The notes: a model not told the origin generated them from the sequence alone. Shown: positions 1 to 11,969, counted from the first letter of the whole stretch. The stretch: 55,878 nucleotides of DNA, filler included, from Asterionella formosa (GCA_002256025.1; 4 parts of 4 records of this genome joined end to end with filler, not necessarily neighbours in it), one strand, 5' to 3'. Numbers and translations are program-made.

Positions 1-117
1 CTGTGTTGACTCCGACCGTCATTTTGTGATGCTCTCAACCAACAACAATACACTGACTTGCTGTTCTTTCACACACACTCACCAAGCAAACAAGGAAGAG
101 GCACTGCTTGGTAAAAA

Positions 118-849
118 ATGACAGACGCAAAGGAAGGAACGACAACAAAGAAATGGTTTCCTCTTGAGAGCAATCCAACTCTAATGAATTCCTATGTTCA
201 AAAGTTGGGCTTTGACACTAGTCATTACGAGTTTGTCGATGTTTATTCCACTGAAGAATGGGCGCTGTCAATGATTCCTCAGCCAGTCGCCGCGGTTATT
301 ATGTTGTATCCTCTCACAGACGTCCAGGAGCAGCACCGAAGAGACGAAGCCGCGGGCGTTCCTGAAAATGGCGACTCCAAAGTGTGGTTTATCAAACAAC
401 GTATCGGTAACGCCTGTGGAACAATCGGTCTGCTACACTCCCTCTTGAATACTCCCGAAGGAATAAAGGCGGCGTCGATTGTGCCTGACTCTTGGTTGAG
501 TAAATTCTACCAGGATTGTCCACTTGACCGAGCTCCAGTCAGCAAAGCGGAGCGACTTGAGGAAGATTCCACCATTGAAACCCTTCATGATAGTGCAACT
601 ACAGACTCTAGCAACCAAACCTTGCGGGGAGAACGTGATGATGATGTTATTACTCATTTCATTGCCCTGGTGCATGTAGATGGGGAGCTCTATGAGTTGG
701 ATGGAAGGAAGAAGGGGCCTGTGTATCATGGAGGCACGTCAGAGTTCAGCCTGCTCCAAGACTCATGCAGGATAGTCGAAACGTTCATGAATCGAGACCC
801 TGATGAGATGAGGTTCACTATTTTGGCCCTTGCACCAAAAATGGAGTAG
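118..849 (+). CDS. Ubiquitin carboxyl-terminal hydrolase (peptidase C12, UCH-L1/L3-like)
   Basis: WFPLESNP N-terminal motif, FIKQRIGNACGTIGLLH catalytic Cys box, HFIALVHVDGELYELDGRK His/Asp box; intronless 243 aa ORF. Confidence 0.95.
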   Translation: MTDAKEGTTTKKWFPLESNPTLMNSYVQKLGFDTSHYEFVDVYSTEEWALSMIPQPVAAVIMLYPLTDVQEQHRRDEAAGVPENGDSKVWFIKQRIGNACGTIGLLHSLLNTPEGIKAASIVPDSWLSKFYQDCPLDRAPVSKAERLEEDSTIETLHDSATTDSSNQTLRGERDDDVITHFIALVHVDGELYELDGRKKGPVYHGGTSEFSLLQDSCRIVETFMNRDPDEMRFTILALAPKME

Positions 850-2972
850 GTGAGTCAATGGTCCACCACTCACGAGTCTGGTATTTTAGCGTAATTGATG
901 TTTGCTCAGAAGTCGACAAATGTGATTAGGGATGCACTCTCGAAATGGTCTGGATTATGATGAAAGTAAAATTATTTAGAAATACAATTGAAGGACGTGC
1001 TTGGGTCGGAACCCAAGTACTATGATTGATGGGATCCCTGTATATTTTGCCAATCAGAACAATGATCAGTTACCCAGTGGTTGGTGATAGTATACTGCAA
1101 TATTGGATACTGATACTGTTCCAGACACAGGATCAGTATACCAGGATACTGTCATTTCATTTTCCAAATACCATACTGTTCTAAAATTTCACCAGTATAC
1201 TGGTCTAGCATGCCAGCATACTGTTATGTAGGAATCTGACAGAAAATCTGGCCGTGTCTTGCAAAGAATAGGAGCACAAAATCCCTGTTTGTGTGCATGT
1301 AGGCAAGCAACACCAAAGAGGGGAAAAAAGCACCGCATTTTCACTTTTGTAATAGCTGCCATTAGTAGGCCAAAAATTGTGAGGTAGTGAGAATAAGAAT
1401 ACTGCTTTGGCAGCAGTATCAGGATACTGGTATACTGTTGTTTCAATATTGAAATACCTAACTGTTTGGCAATTGAATATGGTATAACATTATACTGTCT
1501 TTCTCAGAATAAAACCCGCAGTATTACTGTTGCAGTATAATATCACTGACCACTGCAGTTACTTATAAAGATATGGCTCATTTTGATCAGTACACAGATT
1601 ATAATATAATTCCATATATAGGACCTGATGACTTCTATTACCTGGTGCAGGGAAAGAATTCTGAAGGTTAATGTTGATCTAGCTACACTGGGATGTGGGT
1701 GATAAGTCCAGTGCACTGGGGATGGCAATGCTTTTTATTTGATCATAGGACAATAATCCTATGTATGCATCAATTGTTTTTTGTTTTCGTTCTGGTGTGG
1801 CTAGATGTACAAAATTTTAGAATTGTTTGACCTCACCAAAATGCTTCAGCCCTACTCCGCCGCAATGGAGTTCAGCCAGCCAGCATGCTATAGACAGCCA
1901 GTCTGAGATATTTTTACCTCAACACCAAGCGACTCATTATTTCGTTGTATTCCCTGCTTGCCTCAATCAATAATGCCGTTAGTATTAAAAATCAAACTAT
2001 GTACAGGCAGAGTACAGGGTGCAAGGTACTCCATAGTCTTCCAGGTACTACTCCTTGCTTGTAGCTACTAGCTACCAGGAAAGTATTCTTGTTCCTCCAG
2101 AAAAATCTAGAAGTGCACATTTTATGCAAACCTTTTCAATTTTGACCCACTTCCAATGATTTTTCTCATTCCTGCCAGACGAGATGGGGTCATAAATATC
2201 TAACTTGACATAGATAATACAATCGTAAAAAAATGTAATAACACTAATACTATTGACAACGAAAATTGAACAAGTCGCCGATGGCGCAATTCTTCATGTA
2301 GTTTATATAAAGCACAATTCAAAATGAAGTTACAATGAGATTTAACACTTTCACAGTATGCTACACTCTACACTATGGCAATCTGTTGGTCAAATCAAAT
2401 TTTCTATGTAACAATATCAATTAATAGTAGTCGTCCTATGATATTTTCAAAATGACTCTTTCGTTTATGATTACTGATCCAGTTGGTGACTAAATACAAC
2501 TAGAAATCTGCTGACAACAACTAGAACTTGCTGATAATGACTAGAAGTTACTGATTGGTGAATTCCATTAGTAAACCATCTCCCTGTTGCTGAATACCAT
2601 TACCAGTTGTAGTAGTAGGTGAACACAATTTTGATGATCAGAACACAACTTGGATTTAATGATTGATAATTTAACATTATTGAAATTACCAAAGGGAGTT
2701 TGGAATGGAAAGCCAGACTATCTCATCCAGTAGGCATGGGATGAGTCATCGGGACTGGGTCGAAATGGAATAAGTGCGCATAAAACGAGCACCACAGGCA
2801 GGCCTTCCAGGCGCCCAGGGTAATACATAAATAGAGCCACGCACAGCCAGCAAGCGAGACACAGCCAACACAATATCATGCATGATGCAACCTTTGATGG
2901 CAGCTGCTGTAAAGAAGCATAACGAATCCTTTGATACCGTCACAATAAATCGGCAAGAATCCGAACTCCACC

Positions 2973-3407
2973 ATGGCACTCCGATTGCTCTCGTCGTCGT
3001 CTAGGCTCGTTGCCCAACGTTCACCAAAGCGTTCCTTCTCCGTGTCTCCTCTTGAAGGAGACACTGGTAGTCTAGGAACTCACATTCATCATAGTATGAC
3101 GATCTTCCTCCTTGGTGCTGCTCCGCTCATAATGGCTTTGCCAGATTCCTACACAGATGGCATATCTGGGAGAATCTTTGGTGGTGTTGTGGCTGTTACT
3201 ATATCGGCTCATTCATGGATTGGATTGAATTACGTGGCGTCAGATTATGTCCCCAAGCTCTCCAAAGCTCTTCTCGGACCTGCTAGAGTTCTCAATTTCG
3301 GAATCGGAACCCTCACTCTGCTGGGGCTTGGCAAGATTGCACTGAATGACAAGGGTGGTATCAAGGGTTGCATTAAGGGACTCTGGACTGGAAAGAAGGC
3401 GGCATAG
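2973..3407 (+). CDS. SDH4: Succinate dehydrogenase cytochrome b small (membrane anchor) subunit, CybS/SdhD
   Basis: Mitochondrial presequence-like N-terminus (MALRLLSSSSRLVAQRSPKRSFS), HSWIGLNYVASDYVP motif typical of CybS, three hydrophobic helices, C-terminal GI...IKGLW. Confidence 0.88.
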   Translation: MALRLLSSSSRLVAQRSPKRSFSVSPLEGDTGSLGTHIHHSMTIFLLGAAPLIMALPDSYTDGISGRIFGGVVAVTISAHSWIGLNYVASDYVPKLSKALLGPARVLNFGIGTLTLLGLGKIALNDKGGIKGCIKGLWTGKKAA

Positions 3408-3605
3408 TTATACAACTATGTTTGCATTCAGTTCTTTGAAGATCCAACCATATGAAATAATAGATGGTAAATTTACGTTTTTGCCTTTAGTGTTTTGCAC
3501 CGACTTTGTTTGCAGTAGACGTCAGATTGTTAACAAGCAACATCCAGAATTTCAAGTTATCCTATGTATATATATATGGCGTTTCATTCACACAGCTATC
3601 ATTTT

Positions 3606-4657
3606 CTATGCAACTGTTGTAGCATCGTCCGCTTGTTCCTCAGATAGGTTCTGTTCTTGAACCGGTATGGGGGCCGCAGAATTTTCTTTGCTGTTCTCCC
3701 CATTCATAAGGGACCGAATGGCTTTCACTAGCTGCCCAATCAGTGGCATCACGTGACGATTGACCAATGACAAAACTACGGTCAAGTCTTGCTTGATTTT
3801 TGCCAAGACTTGGTGCACAATTTCTTTCACTGGTGGGGGTAAAGGTCCCAAAAACAATTCGTCGAGAACTTCCAATAGTGTTTGTGGGGATTTACGTTGT
3901 TCAGTCAACTCATGATGCTCTTGTGATGGCGTAGATACGTTTCTTTCCTCAGGAATATCATTACCTCTGAGATTGCTTCTTTTCTCCTCACTACTTGTAC
4001 TCAGTTCCGTTTCCACTTTTGCAGATGCCTTCTTTCCCTCGACCTCCTTTTGATCTGAAATAAATGCAGCCGATAAAGGCTGGTCGCGTGCGGTAGCATT
4101 TTGTTTCTGTTTGGTGTTCTCCAAATCATGTTCAAGACGTTCTTTCTCCTGCATCATTCGAGTGCGTTCCGCCTCCAGTTCTTCAAGAATCTCAGGGTGC
4201 TCGGCCAACACGTCTTCACTGTATGGGAGGGGGGAGACAGAACCAAAAATGTGAGCGTGTCATTGAATAATGAAAACCAGCCACTTATAATGTTGCCAAG
4301 TCTTTCAATTCCAAGTGTTTGACATTTTAAATATTCCAACAAGGCTTTAAAAATAACATCCACCTCTACCAAAAGCACTTACAGTTCCTTTTCAATACTC
4401 AGACATTGACGAGCAGCTTCTACGTAGTCGCCATGAGAAAAGACAATAACTTCTCCCGTCGCATCGTCCACAATATCTTTTTGAAGAGCAAATCCCAGAT
4501 CAGTACAGATTTTTTCCAATTCCGATTCCGTCATGTTATGGAGGTCCATTCCAAACTCATTATCTAGCCCTTTGGATGTTGTTTGTGCTTTGCCGACGAG
4601 TGCTAATACTGCCAATAGCAGAATGACGAATTGTCGAACCACGAGGCAGGCAACCAT
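3606..4657 (-). CDS. Uncharacterised signal-peptide protein with SAP/ARMET-C-like helix pair and coiled coil; two exons (4657-4383, 4218-3606)
   Basis: GTAAG donor at 4382 and CAG acceptor at 4221-4219; the phase-2 join reads ...QCLSIEKEL-EDVLAEHPE in frame; hydrophobic N-terminal signal peptide. Confidence 0.75.
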
Positions 4658-5243
4658 TTTGTTTAGAATGCTGTATCGATCTGTATCTACCTTATGTTAC
4701 GAGTAATTGTGTCAGAAAGTATCGAATTACTGGTTGCCACTGTTGGTAACAGTACTGTGCTCGACGAGATGGTAAGGATACAATGATGATGTGACGATTT
4801 CAGTGAAGTCTATGAAAATAACTGAATGATAAACAAATCATCAATGTGTACCTGAGAGAATTGTTTTTAACAAAATATTCATACCCAGTAATGATACATG
4901 GGAAGTATACAACATGGGATCGCAATGAAAAAGTGATGCGACATGAGGATTTAATTGTTTGATTTTGAAAGTGCCAAGTGGAGGACACACATTCACATGT
5001 ACTGTAGCTATCGTACCGGTAGGGAGAACAGCAAAAATAATAGTGACGAATATATAACATATTATTATACGTAATATGTACCGGTATGTGAACACTAAAA
5101 TTGTACATTTGAAATGTAGTGACCAGTTCTGTGCATGTATGTATGTGTACAATATAGAGAGTGATGAGCTGTAGCAAATAACTTTTGTAATTATCTTATT
5201 GGCCTTTCCAGAATTGTGGACATAGAAAGCAATCAAAGCAGGT

Positions 5244-6101
5244 TTATAGCTCCGAAACAGTTGTGTTGGAGTGATTCTGGTTGGTAATTGGTAGAAACAT
5301 ATTTCCAACAATAGCATTTCCATACCTTATAGTCATTTGCTGTACTAATTGCAGTGTCTCCTTTAGTCGAATTAACATCACTCCTTTCTGGGACAACTCT
5401 TGAAGAGGTTCTGGTAGAATTCGGACAAATGAATCCCATGTCGCCGCTACTTGTTTCATCAGTTTCTTTCTCCTTGCTGCAAGAATACCCCCGTCACGAT
5501 TTTCTATAACCGCGGCCAATTCTTGTTGAAGCCTTTGGTTCTCTCGCATAGTATCTTCCAGCTTTATTCGAAGTTCATCCTCCATGGCTCGAGAGTTAGC
5601 GAGTTCACTATCACTGTGAGTAGAGAAAATAGTAAACATAACAAGAGACGAATAACTTGGTGTCAGAAGGGCAAGCACATGTAACTTTTTGGATGCGATT
5701 CACTTCACTCTATTGATTTTTTCATGTCTTTTTGTGTTGTTTGTTACTCACGTGAACCATTGAATGCTGAGGCACTGTTTGGCAGCGTCTACATAGTCAT
5801 CGTGACTAGAAATCAAGAGCTTTCCAGTATCTTCATCAATCTCGTCCTTTACCATTTCATACCCTCGATCCTCGCAAACTTGTTCCAATTCGCGTTCCGA
5901 CATGGACTCTAGATCCAAACCCAGTTCATCACGAATATATGAATCAATGTCAATGGAACGAACCATATGATGATGTTTTTGTGTCATCATCATCAAAACG
6001 GTGTATCGCATCAAACTGACATGAAAAAAAGATGATTGTCGTGATGCCTTTTTGCTATTGATTGGTAAACTGCATTGCATTCTGTAGTTAAAAGCTCGCA
6101 T
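5244..6101 (-). CDS. Tandem paralog of 3606-4657; two exons (~6101-5752, 5613-5244); start codon uncertain
   Basis: ELGLDLESMSERELEQVCEDRGY...SHDDYVDAAKQCLSI aligns with EFGMDLHNMTESELEKICTDLGF...SHGDYVEAARQCLSI; GTGAGT donor at 5751 and CAG acceptor at 5616-5614; same phase-2 intron position. Confidence 0.7.
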
Positions 6102-6831
6102 GTTGGTAATAGCTTTCTTGAATCAAACGTGTATGAGATATCACAATCAAATTCCAAAAGTTACAAGTACTACGCACACTGACGTTTTTCGGATCGTCGC
6201 GATGCATGACATGGTGATGTGGACACAAAAATGCCATACAAGAGCGAATGAGAGACAATTATCAGTATATCATGCTGTGCTTTGCACCGTGGTATATATA
6301 TACCGTGTTGTCGTGGAGCAGATCATTCCTCCACGTGTAATCCTTTCATTTGGCATCACAAGCATCCTACCAGTATATACCACTATATCATATATCGGTA
6401 GTAAGTACCGGTATAATAGGCGACGGAAGTCGGACAAGAGTAGAAATCGTGCGTCATGCGCGAAGGGTATCCATTCATCGGTCATCCTCACACATCATAC
6501 AGTACAGCAGCATGCCCTGATACCTGGTATACTGTTACTGGTACCATACCAGTACTTTTATCACAGGAGTACCGGTATGCCATCATGATGTTTGGTCTAC
6601 AACAGGTATTATTACTCCAACCAGTATTACCGGTACCAGGTACCTGGTACCATATCCCATCAACAAAACATTTGTTTTTCAGTCCATGATCTTGAAAAAG
6701 ACATAAGGTAGACGTATATACAATCGCTCCTTTTCTCTTGCTTGTCAGTAGCGGCAGGGTGTTACAGACATTACAGCAGGTAAAGAAGCTTGCGTTCATT
6801 GTTAAAACAAAAGATATAGTAGCAATTGCAT

Positions 6832-9800
6832 ATGATGAGTGTCGCAACCGTGTTGGGATTTGGAGGAAGGGTTCCCAACGAGGTAAGTTAGTGGTTAAGT
6901 TCGATTGCAGTAACATAGGGTAGCACACAATACTTTCGTGTCGACCTACTAATACAAACATGGAGAATTCTAAATCTAATTCTAAAACTAGTTCTAAATC
7001 TAACCAATACAATTGCTCTTACTCCATCAAAGCTCCTGGAGTTATTGACCAAGGCCGTGCGTGAGATTGGAGTGCAGACAATCACCCCCAAACGATCCCA
7101 AAATGTTCAATGGGCCTTGCAGAAACCCCCCTTCAGAATCTTCCTTCAGAGTAGTAACGATAGCGCATCAACTGCAACTACTACTATCAATGGCAAAAAC
7201 CTCTTGGTCTACTGTAAGCCGTCGTCCGTCACGGAATTCATTGCAGCCAACGCCGAAGCCTCCATTGTGCGATCGACGTTGTTGAATGATGCACACACTA
7301 CCGTTGTGGTGGTCTACGACCCAACTACCGACTCCTTTTGTGGAGGTACTCAAGATAACATTATCGCCGCAATGACTGGAGACGTTTATTTGCAGTCGAA
7401 TCTATGTGCCGCTTCGTTAGCTGCTCTGGGACAGCTAGATCAATGGGTCGCAACTCAACTATGTGGACAACGTCGTGACGTTGTTATTGTCGTTGGATCT
7501 GGCGGTCGCGAACATGCTCTTGCTGTTGCCTTGGCCAAGTCGCCATTAGTGGCAAACGTTATTTGCTGTCCTGGGAATGGTGGGACAGCTATGGAAGGAG
7601 GTAAAATTTCGAATGCGCCGGGAGGTCAAGATAATGCTACTGTTGTGGCCTTGACAATGACACTTGCTGCACACATGGTTGTGGTTGGACCTGAGGGACC
7701 GTTGGTGGATGGACTTGTTGATGAATTGGCTATCAAGTGTCCACATGTCAAAGTTTTTGGACCGACCAAGGCGGCAGCAGAACTTGAAGCGAGCAAGGTA
7801 TGATATTGAGAGGATTAGAACGATTCGTTGTGGTGATGCAACAACATTGGTGCAAATGTATGGAGGACTTGCCAATTGACCCAAATACGTTTTCTTTTTC
7901 TCATTTTTGCAGGCCTTCACTAAGGACTTTCTCAATACACATGGCATTCCAACTGCAAAATATAAAAATTTTACAAACATTGCGGAAGCCATTGCCTATG
8001 TTGAGTCCCTTGATGAGAGCGACCGCCAAGTTGTGAAAGCGTCCGGACTTGCCGCAGGAAAGGGAGTGCTGCTCCCTACAACGAAGGATGAAACAATTGC
8101 TGCTGTCAAGGAAATTATGTCCGAAAAGGCGTTTGGTACAGCAGGGGATGTTTGTGTCATTGAATCTTTTTTGACTGGACCAGAAGCGTCTTGCCTTGCA
8201 TTTTGTGATGGAAAGACAGCTGTATTGATGCCAGCAGCCCAAGATCACAAACGCGCTCTGGACAATGACCAGGGACTCAATACGGGAGGCATGGGTGCAT
8301 ATGCGCCTGCCCCTTGTGTCACACCAGCGTTGCAAAAAGAAATCGAGGCCATGTGCATCTTGACAGTGGAGAAGATGGCAGAACGAGGAACTCCATATGT
8401 TGGTTGCTTGTATGCTGGCATGATGCTTACACCGAATGGCCCCATGATGCTGGAATACAACTGCAGATTCGGGGATCCTGAGACACAAGTTGTCTTGCCC
8501 CTTCTGGAAACGGATTTGTACGAAGTATTGACTGCATGCTGCGATGGTACTCTTCAAGATGTTGATGTGCGCTTCAAAGAAAATACTTCGGCAGCTACTG
8601 TTGTGTGTTCAGCACAAGGGTATCCGGAGGCATACCCCAAGGGTATGGCAATTGAGGGTGTCAACGTTGCAAACGCAATCAATAATGTCAAGGTTTATCA
8701 TGCAGGGACTACGCATGATGATCAAGGTGTCCTACGTTGTTCTGGAGGACGTGTGCTCGCTGTTACTGGTATTGGCCAGGACTTGAAAACTGCGTTGCAT
8801 CGGTCCTACCAGGGAGTAGGCAAGTTGGATTTTTTGGGACCCTCTGGAGAATCGCTAATGCACTCAAGAAGTGATATAGGAAAGAAGGCGACCGAAAAAA
8901 AGCTGCGCATTGGAGTCCTTGGGAGTACTAGAGGAAGTGCTCTCATCCCTGTAATTGAAGCTTGTCACTCCGGCGGGTTGCATGCCGAAATCGTCTCTGT
9001 TATCAGTAACAAGTCTGCTGCTCCAATTCTTGAAAAGGGACGTGCCTTGGGTGTGACTGTTACAACACAGTTTGTTTCGTCCAAGGGACTCTCCCGAGAA
9101 GAGTACGATGCAGAATGCACTTCTATCCTTCTGAGCGCGGGTGTTGACTTGGTACTTCTGATTGGCTATATGCGAATCCTTTCGAAGGGTTTTACTGACT
9201 TTTGGAGTGGCCGCTGTTTAAATGTCCATCCATCCCTCTTGCCGAAGCATGCTGGCGGTATGGACCTTGCGGTTCATCAGGCCGTTATTGATGCTGGTGA
9301 AGGCGAGTCAGGATGTACAATTCACGAAGTCACTGATGTTGTTGATGGGGGTCCCATTATCGTTCAAAAGGTTGTAAAAGTGGAGAAGGACGATACAGCC
9401 GAAACCCTGAAAGCTAAAATTCAGCTGCTAGAGGGAATTGCATTCATCGAAGCCATTGATAAGGCCACCAAAGAAGAAGTTATCAGCTACGCCGATGCCG
9501 GTGTTGACATTGATGCTGGCAATCATCTTGTTGATATGATTAAGCCAGCTTGCAAATCTACTCGACGACCAGGATGTGATGCTGATCTTGGGGGCTTTGG
9601 TGGACTTTTCGATCTTGCTGCTGCCGGATATAATGGTGCTGACACTGTATTGATTGGTGCTACCGATGGAGTCGGAACAAAGCTGAGAATAGCACAAACG
9701 ACAGGGAAGAATGAATTTGTGGGTATTGATTTGGTTGCCATGTGCGTCAATGACCTTATTGTTGCCGGTGGGGAGCCTCTTTTCTTCTTAGACTACTATG

Positions 9801-10519
9801 CTACGGGTCACCTTAATGTCGACGAAGCGGCGGCAGTCGTTCGAGGAATCGCGGAAGGCTGCAAGCTAGCAGGCTGTGGTCTGATTGGTGGAGAAACTGC
9901 GGAGATGCCGTCTATGTACGCACCAGGTGATTATGACCTTGCCGGCTTCAGTGTGGGTGCTGTCCACCGCGACCGTATCCTTCCGCAGGGAGTATGCATT
10001 GGGGACTCCCTTCTGGGTCTTCCAAGTAGTGGCATTCATAGCAATGGTTTCAGTTTGGTTAGAAAATTGATAGAAAAAGAAGGCTTGACTTATGAAAGCC
10101 CCTGCCCATGGGACAGCTCAGTCGAAACAATCGCTGACAACCTTTTGACACCTACGAAAATCTATGTTAAAATGTGTTTGCCTCTACTTAAGAAGAATCT
10201 CGTCAAGGGAATGGCCCACATCACTGGAGGAGGTCTCCTGGAGAATTTGCCGAGAAGTCTTCCCAGCAACGTGGGAGCAATTATCACTGGCCACCCCCCT
10301 TTGCCTGCCGTGTTCAAGTGGATGAAAAGCGCCAGTGGCTTAGACGATACTGAAATGTTGCGAACTTTTAATTGTGGCATTGGTATGGTCCTGATTGTTT
10401 CTAGCGAAGATGTGCAAGCTGTTAAAGATGTCCTGAAGGCATCTGGTGCAGATGTTGTCTATGACTTGGGTGTTCTGGTCGAAGGTACTGGGGTAGTTAT
10501 GAAGGGTTCAATTGCATAG
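6832..10519 (+). CDS. Multifunctional purine biosynthesis protein: N-terminal extension + PurD (GARS) + PurN (GART) + PurM (AIRS); exons 6832-6882, 7033-7797, 7913-10519 (~1140 aa)
   Basis: PurD motifs VVGSGGREHAL, LEASK|AFTK, VKASGLAAGKGV, QDHKR, NTGGMGAY, EYNCRFGDPETQ; PurN motifs NVHPSLLP, DGGPII; PurM motifs YADAGVD, TDGVGTK, GGETAEMP, SGIHSNGFSL, AHITGGG, FNCGIGM. Intron 7798-7912 (GTATGA...CAG) restores the PurD frame. The first exon/intron (GTAAGT...CTAAC...AAG) is a less certain inference. Confidence 0.93.
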
Positions 10520-11030
10520 ATATAATGAGTAAGCAAATGTGTGAATATTATGCATTCACATCAATTTTCGGCAGATTTTGAACACATTGTTGATAGTTTA
10601 TGACGTGCCAGCACTCCTGACCATAATATACAAACTGGTAGAGTCCCAATACATTTCTATATATTTAAAAAAAAATACTTTCACCCATCACTGTGGGTCC
10701 GAAATCATTATGTGAACATTGCAAATGGTCATCAACTTGAAAGAATGCCAGTTCAGCAGATCACATCACTAAATAGTAGTAATTCGATTCCAATTCTTTG
10801 TCTTTAACATGCATTATGGAAGCCCTTTTATTCAAAAGAAAGAATGCTATCCAATTATGTATCTAAAGTTAAAGGAAAGTAACAAAAAGGTTTTCATATG
10901 GAGCCTCAAAGAGATACTGAAATCAGCCTAATGAGCCAGAAAGAGCCCAATTTATACTGTATTGTATTCAAATTACATCAGGAAACCCCCTGCTTTGCTT
11001 ACATCATAGCATTTTAGCTATCACTTTTAA

Positions 11031-11875
11031 GGTTCCTGCATTTGAACCCCTAGCTCGAGGTATGGTTAAAATATATATTTGAGTCAGACTAATCAGACAA
11101 GTTATTCTCACAATTTAAAATAGATATGTTATTAGGCTCAACAGAGCTTTCACCAAGAGACACCCTTTCCATATACTTACATACAGTCTTCTGTGAAAGT
11201 AGGTCCACTCTATATATCATCAGGATATAGGATATAGCAAGAAAGAGCAGAAAGTAACTTCGGCTTTTTTATTTTGCTATAAAGACTAGAAAATTTGGTG
11301 GAAATCTGTTTATAGTATGGCATAGTAAAAAACCGAAGTTCCTTTCTGCACTTTCTTGCCGGAAGAAATATACTGATGCTGTTTGAAGGTTACCTATGTA
11401 TTGAAATCGCCGTCAGACCAAGCCGACATTGAGCTATTGTCCTCATCCAAAAATTCGACAAAATCGGCCTTTTCTACACTATGAGCCAAAACATCATTAT
11501 CAGAATAGTAAGTACTGCTGGTAGTCATGTGTCAGAACTTTTAGTCCTAATATATCCTGTCCAACAAATTTCATTGTACATAAGTGCCCACTTCCAGATA
11601 CCGGTATAAAATATATGATTGGTCAACATGAGTTACTTTTTAACATTCATTTGATTGCACTGATCTGCATCATGTCATGGCGTTCAGCGAGGATTGTAAC
11701 AAAATTCGGACAGGAATCTATGTACGCACCTAAGCGCAAATTTCCAGTGGTGATTTTAAATATTTCAAATGGAATGCTCACGTCATTCAAAATTTACTAA
11801 CTCATAAAAATTCTTAGTTCCAGGTAATTTCAGCAACCCTAATAAGCAATATTTTAATTTTTGTATGCAGGAATC
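11031..11875. mobile_element. Non-autonomous DNA transposon (MITE-like), copy 1; left TIR intact, right TIR degraded
   Basis: TTAA|GGTTCCTGCATTTGAACCCCTAG left end; right end ATGCAGGAATC|TTGA; collinear similarity to 14005-14982 and 33749-34718. Confidence 0.8.
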
Positions 11876-11969
11876 TTGAAAGATGATAGGCCATTTAGTT
11901 GATGTTTGCACTCCTTCTTGAGCTTCTTGTAAATACATCATCTTTTATAGCAATGTGAAACTATACAAA

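Noticed and set aside
6960..7064. ATG at 6960 as the purine gene start via a frameshift
   Set aside because: Out of frame and stops at ~7062; it lies inside the inferred 6883-7032 intron, which gives a cleaner model
7901..8557. 218-aa antisense ORF and other shadow ORFs over real genes
   Set aside because: Antisense/overlapping frames of well-supported CDSs with no motifs of their own
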